NCBI GenBank assembly: GCA_036172245.1
Contig: JAYWIR010000023.1
Location: forward strand, 806,001 to 870,000
DNA: 64,000 nucleotides
Source of the DNA: Raillietiella orientalis
Lineage: Eukaryota
Direction: 5' to 3'
The notes below the pieces were generated by a model. It did no database searches. It had not been told where the DNA came from and saw only the letters and a program-made list of their open reading frames with translations. Of the stretch, positions 1 to 13,809 are shown piece by piece; the stretch's first letter is position 1; every line of letters begins with the position of its first letter. A program made the translations under genes and the position numbers.

Positions 1-300
1 GCCGGAGATCCCCGCCACATGCAAGTGGCAATGACTGCCCAAAGCCGTCGTTCCGGGCAGCAGCCTTCAGTCGCCACTGCCCGCGGTTTTCGGAGTTCCA
101 GGGAACGGCTCAGAGGAGGGATGCGAAGCGAAAGGTGGAGAGATCAGGCGAGCTCGAGACCGGCTGCGGCGACCTTCGTTCCTCCTCTCCCGTCCTGCCC
201 AATTCAACGAGCTACGCTTATCACCTCGAGGCCCGTCCGTCCTCCCCGTTCCCTGTTTGCTCATTGGTTCGTCCCCTTTCGTTCACGGTCTCCCTGTGTC
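1..300 (-). mobile_element. non-LTR retrotransposon ORF2 remnant (post-RT region), truncated by window edge
   Basis: 1-190 aligns by eye (roughly 70%) with the reverse complement of 42850-43040, e.g. gatgcgaagcgaaag..gatcagg.gagctcgagacc in both. The minus frame reads RSRARLISPPFASH, matching SRALLIAHAFASH in the LINE at 41590-43200. Confidence 0.5.
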
Positions 301-699
301 GGTCCCTCCCTTACTGTAAAATTTTGCTTATTCATTTTAATCAGTTGCCCTGGAATCCGGGGCGAGGAGGTTCCCTTGAGGATTTGAAAGTCGACACGAT
401 ACAGAGGAAAAAAAATAACAAATACATGACTGTGCTTTTCCCTCCGTGCAAAACGAAGGCAAATTCGCCCCGATGGCAGAACGAGGTCCCTCGCCTCGAC
501 GGACGCGGATGCGCAAGCAGTCCCACTTGGCATGGGACAAGCGATTCCGGGAGCTGCCTTTCCCCCTCTTCTCCGATTTCTTCAGGCGAAACCGACCGTG
601 ATGAGAACACGTTTGCAGGTCCGGCATAATGGTCCTCTGCTGGAGCGCGGGGGTCTCTTCCCTTCGAGCAAATGGTCGAGGAACCCAAGCGTGGGAGGA

Positions 700-1110
700 C
701 GGAAGCGAGGTCCACGCACTCGCACGAGAACGCGAAAAAAACACTGCTGACGGACGCTGTGCGGTTCTGTGACGGGAGAGAGCTGTTTGGAGGGACTCTG
801 CTTCCGAGCAAACAGCGCGATGCTCCGTGGAGGCAACTCAGAGGGGAGAAAAGCTGGGAGCCGGTTGATACGCAGCGACAGGAGGGGGAACCATTCGTCA
901 GAAGACCATCATCGCACGCTCCACTCGGAATCCTGGGATCTCGTTCCTGGATGAGACAGTACGCTCTCTGAAGCAAGCCGCTTCCCGTTCGGAGACGCCA
1001 GAGCGGGTGATCTCCTGGGAGCTGCAAGAAACTCTCAGGGTCCGTGGAGCGTTTCTCTCGAAGCCGGCTGCCGCCAATGGGTCCTCTTTGTACAGTACGC
1101 GCGCGATGGG
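700..1110 (+). pseudogene. degraded PPR C-terminal (S2/E) remnant
   Basis: A frame-shifted read LSEASRFPFGDARAGDLLGAARNS resembles the E-class consensus L.EA..+..MPF.PD...W..LLGACR.H; no open frame. Confidence 0.3.
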
Positions 1111-1417
1111 GCACCAAGAAATTCGAACGTGGAAGCAGACAATCAGAATATCCATGATAGAAAGTAGAGCGAACAAGAATACACGCATTTTCCGAACGAA
1201 GTACCGTTTCTAAAAATAGGAGCGAACAGACTCGGGAACTGCCTGATCCCACCGTATGAATCTTCCCAGCATCAAGTTCCGGACTGCTAAGGCTTCGCTT
1301 ACGAGATCGCTTCGTTAGTCGGGAATTCGGTTCGGAGCTGTTTCCGTCGTTTCTGCACCCGTTTTCCTGATGCGGCCCATCCCTCGAGATAGCTTGCTGC
1401 TCGATTCATCCCACGGT

Positions 1418-1520
1418 CGAAACGGCAGTTTGAACTTTGCTGACGTCTCCGCTCCGAAACGGCAGTTTGAACTTTGCAGAGTGTCTCCATCTCCCGCACC
1501 GGGAGATGGAGACACTCTGC
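1418..1520. repeat. 23-bp direct repeat overlapping a perfect 21-bp hairpin
   Basis: cgaaacggcagtttgaactttgc at 1418-1440 and 1455-1477; gcagagtgtctccatctcccg (1476-1496), cac loop, cgggagatggagacactctgc (1500-1520). Confidence 0.95.
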
Positions 1521-2039
1521 GAGTCTCATTCGGACCACCTGCATCCTCTATGAAGCGACAACGGAAGGCGACAAATGGATGAGGATGGCGCAAGAGGAAG
1601 AGTCGCGGCTGAAGGAACAGATAGATCTGTGCCACGAGATAAGAGCGCTTGAGGCAAGGAGAAATGCAAAATCAAACTAGCGGTAAATCGATTCGAGGCA
1701 GTCGGATCCGGGAGAAGAGATTCATTAAGTTAGAACTAAGAGTATAAGGAATTGTGACAAAGCATCCCAAGTAATTCATCCTTCAATGTGAACGCCCCAA
1801 TCACTTACATCTTCTGTGAGCAATCCTTCAGGGCAGTCCTTAAGAAATCCCCGGTACCTAGAAAAGAACAGAATGAATTTTCAGGAATGAAGATAATCCT
1901 ATTTATGCTTGATGGCAAAGCCAATTTGTTTAATGAACTTTTCACTTTGAGCGCAAATGAAAAGACGCAACATTCGCGTGTTTTCCATAGGGTTATTTCC
2001 TTCTTTTCCTCACCGTCAGTTCTCTATCATTTCATCTTT

Positions 2040-2240
2040 TCTTTGGGAGCACATCCTCGGAAACAGCACCTCCATGGTGTGTTCAGAAAGCTTTTCGATT
2101 GCATTCTCACTCTTGTACAGTAAGCGGCGAATCGGCCCTCTTGGAATTAGTTTCTTGAAGAACGTCGTTTCCAAGATATTTTTCATGGGTGTCAACGGTC
2201 ACCAGCTTAGGATGCTGTGGTACCTGTAAGAGTTCTCTCT
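2040..2240 (+). pseudogene. degraded PPR remnant
   Basis: SIAFSLLYSK...KNVVSKIFFMGVNGHQLRMLWYL resembles L+.MY.KCG...KNVVSWN.+I.GYAQNGH..EAL.LF. Confidence 0.35.
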
Positions 2241-3289
2241 ACAGAGAAACGGCAATGCTGTCTCAAACTATCAAAAGGTCACGGAGTTTGGTTGCAAGGG
2301 TGTGTTTGTGGAGATGGAGTTTGCAGTTTGGGTGCGAGTGTACAGCTAAGTAGTTGATTGCAGACCGGAGATACTTCGAAATGCAGCAGGTGCCCTTTAG
2401 CAACCACAAGGAACGCTCTCAGTTTCCGAATCTGAGAGCACTTGAAAAACTGAATGTCGCTGATGGAGTTGTCTCAAGGGATAGCATTCGCCGTGTGAGC
2501 AGGAGGGCAGTTTTGAGAACAAATAGGCACAGATGGATGTGGTACAAACGGAGGAAAGGAGCATTTCTTTCTCTTCTTCAAAAAGGAAAAAAACAAAACA
2601 AACAGGCGATCTACTGCAAGGGGATTAGATGAAAACGAACGGGATTATAGCGGGAATAGAAGATGGCTCCTTCAAAAGAATCATTCACGAAAGTAGGAAT
2701 CGGTGTACTTTTCGAACTCGAAGGGATCTTTTAATTTGTAAATTAAATGCCTTTCTTGTAAAGTGAGAGGGCATGCCTGTGCTACCATTTGGTGCCCTCT
2801 TGCTCCTGAGTTTTAAAGATTTCCATATGACACAGAGGGAAACTTCTCGTTTCCATTGGTTAGAACGAATAGTTTTGACATTTTCGTTGGCACATCTTGA
2901 GAATAGAACGCTCTAGTATAAGCAAGGAAAACAAATAGATCGGAATGTGTGTGTGTTTTTTTTTTTTTTTTTTCAAAAAAAAAAAAAAAAATTTCCCATT
3001 CGACAATTGGAAGAAGATCATTCTAGTTTCCATTCCTTCACCTGGATTTAGAGATATTCTTACTAAGCGTTTATGCATAACGCGTAATGCAGATATCATT
3101 CTAAAGAAACCTAGGATGCCTGGGCGTTTGCGAATCCACAAACTTGTAATAAATAAGAAAGCAAGACAAAGAACTGGATCAAGATGTATGGAACCTCTTA
3201 CTGAAGAACCATTTTGTAGTAAATACGCTTAGGAATGTTTCCGTATGAAAAAAATAGTGGAAAATATTGGAAACACTCGAATATTTGGT

Positions 3290-3640
3290 GCCCTTATCAC
3301 ACCCAATGCATCCCCATTAATGAGAGATGAGTTCATAAAGTAGGATCAAGTTGCAAGTACAGAAGGACCGAGCTTCCTTCTCACCACCACCCCTTGAAGT
3401 ATTCGACCCACCATTGGCCAGATGACCAGTTGATTTTAAGGTGACTCGTAGTAGCCATGCAACATCTCGAGCACCCGAATGCTTGCAGAAGATATCACAT
3501 TGATATCACATTCTCATCTGGAATCAACTCTTTCCTTTTCAACCAAACTCCAATGAGCTTGCCATAGTCTTCAGAAACCACCATAATCTAGTGAATTCCC
3601 GTTTCTGAAATCTCCGAAAATAACTTAAGCTCTCATTTCA
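3290..3640 (-). pseudogene. degraded PPR remnant
   Basis: Minus frames give LKLFSEISETGI, LIPDENVISM and GRILQGVVVRRKLGPSVLAT..MNSSLIN (PPR helix register), with stops and frameshifts. Confidence 0.3.
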
Positions 3641-5094
3641 GAGAGAGGTAATGTCTGGTGGACCTCAAAAATTGTTTGGAAAATCTGATCCCCCTACTTC
3701 CTTTGATTGTATTGAACCCTATCAGAGTTGTTGCTACGTCCACACTTCACTGATTCCTGGAAAACAAGTCCAATGTTTCCCATGAGGTGACCCTCGTATG
3801 AGAAACTCCTGCTACATATGTGGGCTCAAATCCGAAAATAGAAATGGAAGATACGTTTCCTTTGAGTATACGTTAAGGTAAGTAGACAATATATACTCCA
3901 TTTAGTCCTTGCCCTCCCTCCCTCCCGAATGGAATGTATGTTGTACTCAAGGGCAGTGATGACTTTAAATTTAGTGACTCATTCTTCCGCTAATACCAAA
4001 TCATTCCAACTTCGAAAAGTCATGATTCCAGGCTGTTCTGAAGCGACTCGAATTTCCGAGAATTTAATGAGGATAGAATTTTGATTCTTACGTATCACCC
4101 CTTTCTTTTATTCACGTACGAGTAGCCCGCTAGGGTAGGAAGAACAATCTGTTTTAGTGGGTTCTTCTACTCAAGTGGTGTACATCTTTCGAATGTTCAT
4201 ACATCTCGCTATGTTTTGGGGATGAGGGGCCGATGCAAGATGAAATTATCACATAGGCAGACTGAGTACTGCCAATTTTGCGTTTCGGAGTCTAGAAACG
4301 GTTAAAATGAGAATGTACTGGTACAAAATGTACATACAATTTCCGATATGCACCTCCTTTTACGAACGTCCCACAATCCTAATTACCATCGGATCCACCG
4401 TAAAAGGAGAACTTAGAACAAGTGTATGGCAGCCCCGATGTGGCACTGCTTCTATGAAAAAAATCAAATCTCTCTGAGTGGCATTTTTCTTAACCCCAAA
4501 CGATGCTTTAATAGAGATGCGTCCTATTTCAGAACGTTTCGATTTGTTCTTAGAACTGAATAGAGCGGTTCCCAGGATCCCAATTCACCGTGAAGGATAC
4601 AGAATTATTGGATACTGACAATTAAGTCGATAATCAGGATTAGTTCATGTTGCTATTCTCAACACATTTTCTAATGGAAGCCGATAATTAGGCTTGTCGA
4701 TGCCAACGCTTATTGACCAATGGCCGTTTTTAGGCTCTTCGAATGGCCGAGATCTATCCGCCAGAAGGATCTGTTACATTCCCAGTGAAGCAATCACATT
4801 TTACGCTGACTTGTAACTAACTGTACAATAATCTCTCCATATCTGTGCAAATTTGAAAACTTCGACCGTTTTCAACGGATGTTTGTACACATCGTAATGT
4901 TTCGTTACGATGAGGACGATTGTCATGAGCGCTATCACACTTTAAAGAAATATTGAAAAAATTTGTTGACAATTTTAATAATTACAATTCCATGTCATAT
5001 AACATACGATGGTATTGTCATATATTATATGACAATATTGTTAATGTATAGAGCCTTACAAGTAGGCACTTCCGCGCCCCCGCGAGATAGCCAA

Positions 5095-5256
5095 AACCGA
5101 GCCGGTTGCTGGAGAGACTCATCAGGCTCAGCCGAGTCGGTTGCTGGAGAGACTCATCAGACTCAACCGAGTCGGTTGCTGGAGAGACTCATCAGGCTCA
5201 ACCGAGTCGGTTGCTGGAGAGACTCATCAGGCTCAACCGAGTCGGTTGCTGGAGAG
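5095..5256. repeat. 35-bp minisatellite, about 4.6 copies
   Basis: Unit ccgagtcggttgctggagagactcatcaggctcaa starts at 5097, 5132, 5167, 5202 and 5237; units are contiguous with no spacers. Confidence 0.97.
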
Positions 5257-5499
5257 TGATGACCGCAAACATGAGCTGTAGGTAGAGTGTTAATTAGAGC
5301 TTCAAAGTGATCAGACTTGAGGATCTTGTATGTATCCTGTATTAGTATCTATCTACACGCACATAAAAGACATTGGGAGCAGACACACATGGACATATAC
5401 GCTTAAGTTTTGATTTTGGTTCTCCTCCTCCTCTTAATAACTGTAGGACAATTACCCTTACCCGTTAAAAAGAGCTTTTCATCAGAATCCTCGCAAAAA

Positions 5500-7400
5500 T
5501 CCTGCAACGTCTGCTTGAAAGGACAGTAAATACTAAACAGAAGTGATAATCATAGTAATGAAGAAGAAATTTGAATATCATAGGAAGGCTTTTGTACCAG
5601 AAGCACAGCGAACCACCAAAAACCATCTTTGGAATGAGTTTGCAATGAAAAATTGACGTCAACCTTCGAGGCTTACGACCATGTGGACATGGGAACCATG
5701 GGAGCAAGTAGCACATCCCGTGTTTGACTGAAGCAATCAGTTCTACAAAATGCCTCTAAATAATCCTCAAAACATGGATATTGGTAGATGTCAAATGAAT
5801 TCAGGGATAGATTCTCAGAATAGATGGCATAGCTAGAAAAACCCTCTTGGGAGCAGCAACACGAAAAGGGAGAAAGTTGTTCGAATTTTGATAAATGTGA
5901 TTTTGCAATGATCATGATGCTGATAGGCTTCATTTCTTCTTCTTCAAGTGACATTCGAATGATGTATATATGCGGCAGGCATTTAGCAATGATACTGTTT
6001 ATTGACAATTGATATTTCGTAAGTAACCCAGGACGAAGGAGTATAAAAAAAAAACTTCAAGAGGTGCAGAATTCTTCTCCAAGACAATCTCACTTTCTTC
6101 TCAAATCCTTTCCCGAATTCTAGTAGTCTTGGGAGATTGTGGGCAATTTCCAGTTAAAGTATTTCTGTTTTATAGATTTCTAGGAGCTGAGCTTCTGGAA
6201 AGGGCAAAAGGACATGAAAATTGAAGTAACCGTTGCAGATCCATATGTCTTGATCTGCAGATATAAAGGTTTCTTGAAACAAATGACTTTAATAGAAATG
6301 TGGGAATATTAGGTTTTTATATGATTAAATGAGAGCCAAAATTTATTCTCTTTTTGGAAGAGATCTTCTCCATAGGGTTACATAAGCTATACTGAGGTCA
6401 TATAGTTTGTGAATCCAATGTTCCGAAGTAGAGAAAGTAGTAGTAGGAAAGTAGTAACAGGAAGTAGAGAAAAGTGTACCTTATCATAGATTTTCTTTGA
6501 ATTACATCGTGGAGGGCAGCTAAAGAAGCATTTCAGTACAGTAAATCATCTTATCTTCCCTCCAAGTCTCCCAGGAAGAGAGGTCTCTGTCACAACGCTC
6601 TGATATGAAGCCATTCTGGTTGCTCCATGACGAAGATCACAGAAAAGACTCGGCTCTCTTGACAGTCGATCCTATTTGCACTCTCCAAACCATAGAGGAA
6701 GCAGCCTGTGATTAATTCCTCATCATGTTTAATGTAGGCGGACAGTCGTGAGAAGGAACTTCGAGAAAAGGGAAGTGCAAGACTTAGACGACGACTGATC
6801 GGGAAAATGAGATCCAGTTCGGATCTGTGGTCGCTGGGAAAAATGCAAGGCAGCAAACAGTTTTCGTAAGTTGCATGCATACATCAAGAAAGGTCAGTAA
6901 AGAGTTTCCCAAATCAAGCCAAATTTTCCCCGTAACCCTTGGCTTGAATCCACACCTCTTGCAAGTCTAGTACAACCTCAGATATCCACCTCGGTTTTCC
7001 AAATGACCGAGAGAGGAAAAGCAGCAGGATTGAACCAGGCTACATGGCAACTTCCAAAGTGTGGACGAACCTCACCATGTGACCTAACAAGTTCTTTCTG
7101 ACAAGGAATGAGGCGAAACCCTGTGTGCAAGATTCTTAAATCCATAGTCTGTGATGGTCGTTTCGCTTCTAGCTTGGTTTCTCGTCTCTGGCCAGAAGAG
7201 ACTAGAAGAGGGCAGATCTTCCCGTACATTCTTTGAAACGCTGTGATTTTCTGAACAAAGTTTCCAAATTGAATATCTGGCTACTTTTGAAGTGTTCAGC
7301 TGCCCTCTGATGCCTTAGAAAAGTAGATGGAAGTTTTAGCTTCTCAGCAAGTAACATCCATTCATGAGAACTAAGACAGAGAACAATATCCACATGGTTG
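5500..7400 (-). pseudogene. degraded PLS/E-class PPR gene remnant
   Basis: CCSQEG...YPCFEDYLEAFCRTDCFSQTRDVLLAPM resembles ACSH.G...HY.C+VD.L.R.G.L.EA..LL..M. It is followed by an E-domain-like LQTHSK...LSLLFSIY and preceded by MYGK; many stops. Confidence 0.4.
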
Positions 7401-7699
7401 CCACGTCGATGGAGCCATCAGCTGCCTGACTGTGCGCTCGGCGATTCTTAACGTATTCTGTGGGAGGTTGTCATGGCGGAACCTTTATGTCTTCCTTGTT
7501 AGGAGCAATACCTGTTGAATTTGATAGTAACTTCCCTCTTGCCGTTGGTTTCCGAAGAGACCAATACAGAATCACACACAGAATGGAACCGAAAAACCGA
7601 ACTGAACAGGCCGAACTGACGTCAGAACAGGCAGGCGTCAGAAGGAATCGGTGCAGTGCCTTGGCGAGCGTTTGATTTTCAAAAGCTTAAAAACGGTTT

Positions 7700-9130
7700 G
7701 GGAACCAGGAAGTGTGTCTGTGTGGAAAATGGTTGCGAGGTTTCCCTTGCAGACAGCATTCCCGTCATCCCATGAAATTTTGCTCTGCATTGCATCCACT
7801 GGGGAGATCTTTTACGCACATCACCACATTGAAGCCACTGTCTTCTAGCAAGAAAGTCTTTGGTGTGTCCAACAGAACATATCCCAGGTTTGCCAGCCTT
7901 AGGGATGACTTTTGCAAACAGCTGGATCCGTGTATCATGCAAGGAGATGTCGCAAGATGTCTGACCCGTCGGTAATTTTGGAAGGCCAAGATGATCATCC
8001 TTTTGACAGCAAACTATCCGAAAAAGACTCCCTCACAAGGCACAGCCCTCTGAATCTGTAGGAAATCACAAACAGGCGTCAATTGGAAGATGCTTCTTGC
8101 GACATTCAAACCCATGCCCTCAAGTGAAGATCAGCGACTGATGCAAGTGCGTCTGAGCAGCTCTAAGACAAGAGTTGCCGAAATATCGTATTTGCCACCA
8201 TTGGAATCCTCTTGGATTGCAAAGGAACTTTTGAGACAGCTCCTTGTCGGACAGAAACAAGATTCTCCCCTTCAAAATCCCATCTTCACTACGTCCAGCC
8301 GCTTCTACGGAACGGGATTTCCAATCCTATCGAGTGGAAGAAGAGATGCAGAATCAGAGGTGCAAGGGTAGCCAATCGGGTTCGGAGTTCAGAAACCCCA
8401 CTATATGTAGGATGATCCAAACACGTAAAATTAGGAAGGGCTTCTTGTGATTCAACTCTTATCTTCGGGACTCGCAATGAGTGGAAATCCCGAATGGATA
8501 CTTTCCAGACGTGGAACGGTGCAATTCTCGTCTTGGGAATGCATAAGCAGTTAGCCAGCATAACCATCCCCTTCCTTAAGCAGCACCTTAACCACTGTAT
8601 TTAATTCGTTTCATGAGACACTGGGAATCTCGCTATGGAAGGAGCAGCCATGATTTGTGTTTCCTTTGTTTTTGATGCTCAGATCTCACTGGAGAGTGCA
8701 TTTATCTTTCTTCTGCATCACACCAAACTGCGAGTGAACGCGAGGCTGCTCTGTAGCAGAAAAGCTGATGAAACAGCATATCGTTTTCTGATGATCCCAA
8801 ATTTTCCATTTTGAAATCTTGCAATTCGGAAGTGCTCTTCTCGTTTCCCTTTCGTTAGAATGAGAAGAGTTCTAAATGGAATTCGGAAATTCGCTGCTGC
8901 ATTACTGTCCATTCTTTCTGGAATGTTTAGTCAGGGACTTCCTCCTTACGGATTGCGTTATCGTCACAGGCAACATGGATGACGCAATACGCGAATGCTG
9001 TTGCATATAATTTACCGTTCGGGAACCCGAGTATTTTTCTCATGAGAGCCAAGATATACTCCTCTAGAGCTGATAGCGTGGTCGGGAGAAATCCGAGGCC
9101 AAGCATGTGCGGCATGTGCTTTGAAATATT
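7700..9130 (+). pseudogene. degraded PPR remnant
   Basis: The 3' part reads LLSILSGMFSQGL...MLLHIIYRSG...PLELIAWSGEIRGQAC (S2/E1-like); the upstream part is only weakly PPR-like. Confidence 0.3.
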
Positions 9131-11215
9131 TCACTAGACAGTTTATCAGATTCCGATCTTATAAAGAAGACGGCTCGGAGGAAAACTCTGAAGTCAATGC
9201 CAGAGATGCGGCATTTCAAACAGAAAGCGGGTGCTTTTCTCCTTTATTCCAGAGCAATCGAGCTTGTTTGGCTATGAGTATGGAGAAATAACAAGAATTT
9301 CGCAGCAAAATGCAAGACTAAAAATACCCGTTGAGCAGGGGTAGCCCTATGACTGAAGGGAACAGCTTACATTCCTAAATTGCGACATGTGGGAGCAAAG
9401 TTCCACGGTTAAAACCAGAAAAAAAAACTCTCACTCCATTCCATTCTCATCTCAGGGGAGGCTGTAAATGAGACTGTCGATCACGATTAAATAATCGTAA
9501 TATTTAATTATCCTGAATAAAACCTGGCATTACGAAAATTAGTGTTTCATCTATTGATAAGTAGACGAGTTACTGCAATTTTCCAAGTAACTAAAGACTG
9601 CTGTTTTTTTTTTTTTTTTTCAGCATCCTTTCAAATTTTGCAGATTTTTCTCAAAAGAAGTAACATCTTCTCTCCAAGCAGTTTGAAATGTAGGTGGATA
9701 GATGGATACGTGCGTATGTGCACAGATTTACAGTTGGAAGGTGCATGTGCATAAGAAGATGGAGACGACTGCATGTTCAGAAGTAGCTAAAGCAGTTACT
9801 CCATCAGTATCTTTCCATTGAGGTTCAGTTTGTACCTTGAAATGGAAGAAGCCCTTTATTTCGAGCTCTCGGTCCCGGAATCGATTCAGGCTTCGGACAG
9901 AAAACGTGGAATGAAGAGGAAAGTTGAGAGCGTATAAGATGTGTAAGAGGGAGCACGGGAAAAGAATTATCAGCTCAGTTCGTCCCGCAAATCTTGCATG
10001 CCTGTTAAAAGAACAGGGACTGTCATACCCTGGATCAACGTCTCGAAATTAGGGAAGAAACGGGAGGCGGGGAACGTGCTTCCCAGAGTTCTCCCCTTTG
10101 AAAATATCTCTCAAGGACCGTAAGTCGAAAGAAAACAAATCCACAGGATAGGCAGGTCATGGCAACTTCTGCACTTACAGGATACTGGCATTCGTGGAAG
10201 GCAGATCGAACCAATCTGTGGAAATGAACCGAGTTGTTTTGTTCCATTCCCTTTTCTCCATGGAAGCACTTTCACAGAAAACGTTCTCAGCTCATCTCAC
10301 AATGAAGCCATACATCAGAAAATGGGATGTCAGGACTGAGGTTCTTTCCCCGGCCTTTAACAATATCTGAATCCTTCCAAACTGCCCATTAAAAACACCT
10401 CAGGAGAAAACGCCTCAAGCCTCTAGCTAACAAAGGGTCAAAAGGGATTGTGGTCACTTTCCGTTTCGGATCCAGGTTTACATATTCAGAGGGTTTTTTT
10501 TTTGGTTTTTGTTTTTTTGTTACAAAAAAAGAAAAAGAAACGAAAGCAGGAAGATAAAAGGAAAAAATCATAAACTTCCTGAATCGATTGAACAGGGGCA
10601 TGAAGATAGCAAACAAGAATCCCCACCTGTTCGTGTGACGAACCTACTCAGCGATCTGCCCGATGGAGGCTGACATCTCCGAGAACGCAAGAGATCTGGG
10701 CAGCCAGCCCGAGGTTCCTCGATACGATGCAAATGCGGTCACTGCGCAAGACGAAAGCGCAACGGTCAGCGAACAGTGCTTCCTGTTTTGACCCGAAGCA
10801 TCACAAGGAAGGAAGTCAGATCACTTGAGACGTGGCGAGAGGGAAGATCCGACGAAACGGGATGGAATTTTAAGTGGATTCAAAGGAGGTCCGAAGAAAC
10901 GAAGGAATTTCTGGAGCTCTCTCTGGAGGTGCATGGCGTTTCAAGAGGAGACTAGACTCGTCAGAAAGGATTTTGTGAACGTCCCTCTGAGAATCGAAGC
11001 GGACAGAGATCATGGAAGATGAAAGTTACCGAAAGCAATTGCACTCTTGCAAAAGAATAGGGATGGATATGAAAACAGCATAGCAACAGCATCTTGACGA
11101 AACGCTTACTTGACGAAAAGCAAACAAAAAAAAACTACGAAAAGAGAAACGGTTTGGTAGGTTTGAAAATTCGACGGAGCTCACCGAAGGGAAAATACCC
11201 CTTGTTGGATATCTA

Positions 11216-11257
11216 GAATTGGAAGCGCAGTTTCCTTCACAACTGCGCTTCCGATTC
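11216..11257. repeat. 17-bp inverted repeat (hairpin)
   Basis: gaattggaagcgcagtt, tccttcac loop, aactgcgcttccgattc (one G-T mismatch). Confidence 0.85.
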
Positions 11258-13809
11258 TTATCGTGGTTGCTAAGGAATATGAGATCAGCTACTTGAATGC
11301 CACCACCCTGCCGGAAACGAGACAGCCCTCCTTAAAAAGGTAGCTTTCATTCAGTTCTCAGTGACCTGCAATCTGAAAACAAATTATTTTGACTCTTTTC
11401 TTTGGTAGTTCAAGGATGCTCCTATCAATGGAGATGTCAGTCCACTTTGTTCCCCCTGAAATCAAAGTCAAAATCGGATCGATTTGGTAGTAATCTGAGG
11501 ATGGTCTTAGATTCCGAAACCCACTGATAATAGTATTGTTTATAATTCAGTAGCACCTCTTAACATGTGATGTGATGTGCCGCATCTACATTAGAAAGGA
11601 AAGAATTTCTTTAGCTAATTCATCTCTGCATCCACACCCAACAAGCGCATTTTCAACCATTTTTTTGTAGATTCCCATGGAGACCGGCTTGTTAAGAAAG
11701 TTTCCATCATCAAACTTCCATTTGACGTAAAATCAACGAAAATTAAAGGCGAGGACATCCAAGACCACAAACCAACATTAAAAGAGAAAGGTGTCTAGGA
11801 AAATTCAAGTAGTTATTGGTTTAAGACATCTGAAGTCTCCTACGAAATTTCTCATGCCACACAGAATTCCTGATGGGTCAACAAATCATCCTAAAACAGT
11901 TTCTCTTCGTCGTGTCTTGCTCCCGAGAGGGACGTTTCGTCCAGGATTTGGATGGAAAACTAACAGCTAGGACCTACGAGCCGGCACCATTTTATTGAGG
12001 TTTCTTTTGGCCTTGCTGATCTCCGTGAGCATAACGAACACCAACGTCTTCTCACGTCCTCAGTTTCTGCACAAAAAAGTAAAGCAGATTCACTATGGTG
12101 GAAGCGTCTTCCTCCATCAGCATGTAATGTTTATTTTCTAAGAACTGAGCAGAACTTCCAAAAAATGTATCCTGGATGTCAATCCTGATATTCTGGTACC
12201 TTCTACAGGGATGCATGTTTAATCCTTTGAGTCCTATGGACGCATATATGCGTCCGACGAAAAAACCATCAGCATGCGCTATGGACACACATGCGTTGGT
12301 CAGTGTTCTATCTCATACCCACAACGTAAGTTAACATTATCAATGTTTGAGATGGACGCATACACTTACCTTCTTACAGTTCCCTTAGCAACGACAATAA
12401 ACAAAATTCTGTTTATATCGGCTGACTAATCTCGGTTTTCCTCGATGTGACGTGTAATTTATTATATTGTTTTTCATCTTTGCGATATCTTAAAAATGTG
12501 AATGAATTATTGATTTATTTGAATTGTAATTAAAATTTTCAAATAAATATGTGTTTGGGAAAAATGAAAATATTTTATTTAACGTGGTGTAAATAAACAA
12601 TTACAATAGTAACTCTAATAAGCACTTTATGTAGTCAATCGGTACCTAGGCTAGAGCACGTGGTACTCGAAAAAGCATTCCGTCCACAGAGGTCGCAACT
12701 GCGACTCGCGTGCCGTCGACACAGAACGTTTCAATCTGATGGACTCCGCGCCCAAACAGTTAAAGGAAAGATGAAGCAGAGATACTATGAAAGGAGTTAA
12801 ATCCGCCACCAGAATCAGCAGCGCAACATCCCTGAATTGAGAGATCAGGAAATCTACTAAAAAGCGTAGGGTACCCATTTTGATAGATTCCTCATGTGTT
12901 CACACAGCTTTTCAAGGACGCGGAACGCCTAAAAAGCTGGATGAATTCTTAGGCCGACAGATTTTGGAATCAGCCGTTTGGTGGAGATCTCCTCTTGCAA
13001 GAGATCGTACTGACGATACACAACAAAAACAAACTCGTATTTCGTTTGGCGGAGGCCATGGTAACACAAACCTGAATCCAAAAGTTGCCTAAAATGCATG
13101 AACTGATTTTTGAAAATTAGTTCTACAAAGGGCTCCACGTTTATTCATTGGTCTTCTTTTGTTTTTATTCCTCTTCTATTTTGAGAAAAAGAAAAAGATG
13201 CTGACTTCCGATGCCACTTATCCTTGGGATCTCTTTTCGAAAAACTGGATGCAACTTGCATCAGCCAGAAAGCCAGCAACGACCCATGCTCCCAACTCCA
13301 AAGTGAAGAACAGCCCCAAAGCAAAGAATATCTCGATGAAGAACAAACATGGTGAATTCTCGCTTACCCGAGCTGCGGATGAACAAGGAGATGCCGAATG
13401 ATGCACCTCGCTGCTGACTTTTCAAACGTGCGTCAAGAGAGACGCTTTCGAAGAGGGCTTCTTGTTCAGCAGGTGCCCAACAAGCTTTCCTAACGACGAG
13501 CAGCGTAGGGGTAGAAGGAGCTGCGTCGCCGATGAGGGAAATCCCTCCAAAGGAGCATCACTTCCAAACAGCTGTTAGCTCCGATGTCGAAAGATGTTGA
13601 CGAAGAAAAGTGGGACGATCCCACTCACCCACGCCGTGAGGGCGTGTCTTTTGGGAAAAGACAGGAAGATACGAAACTAAATAGAATGGATCGTAAAGAA
13701 CCGGTGTAGCTTGACCAGCAATACTTTCACCAGCAATCCGCGAATCGCGCATCTGGTCTCGACTGTCCTATTCGAATGCAGAAAACTGTTCGTCACATAT
13801 AACACATGT

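Noticed and set aside
341..1252. 303-aa ORF as a real gene
   Set aside because: No recognisable domain and an S/R/P-rich composition; it is antisense to a PPR-like remnant.
5095..5256. CRISPR array (35-bp palindromic repeats)
   Set aside because: Units are contiguous with no unique spacers, there are no cas genes, and the context is eukaryotic.
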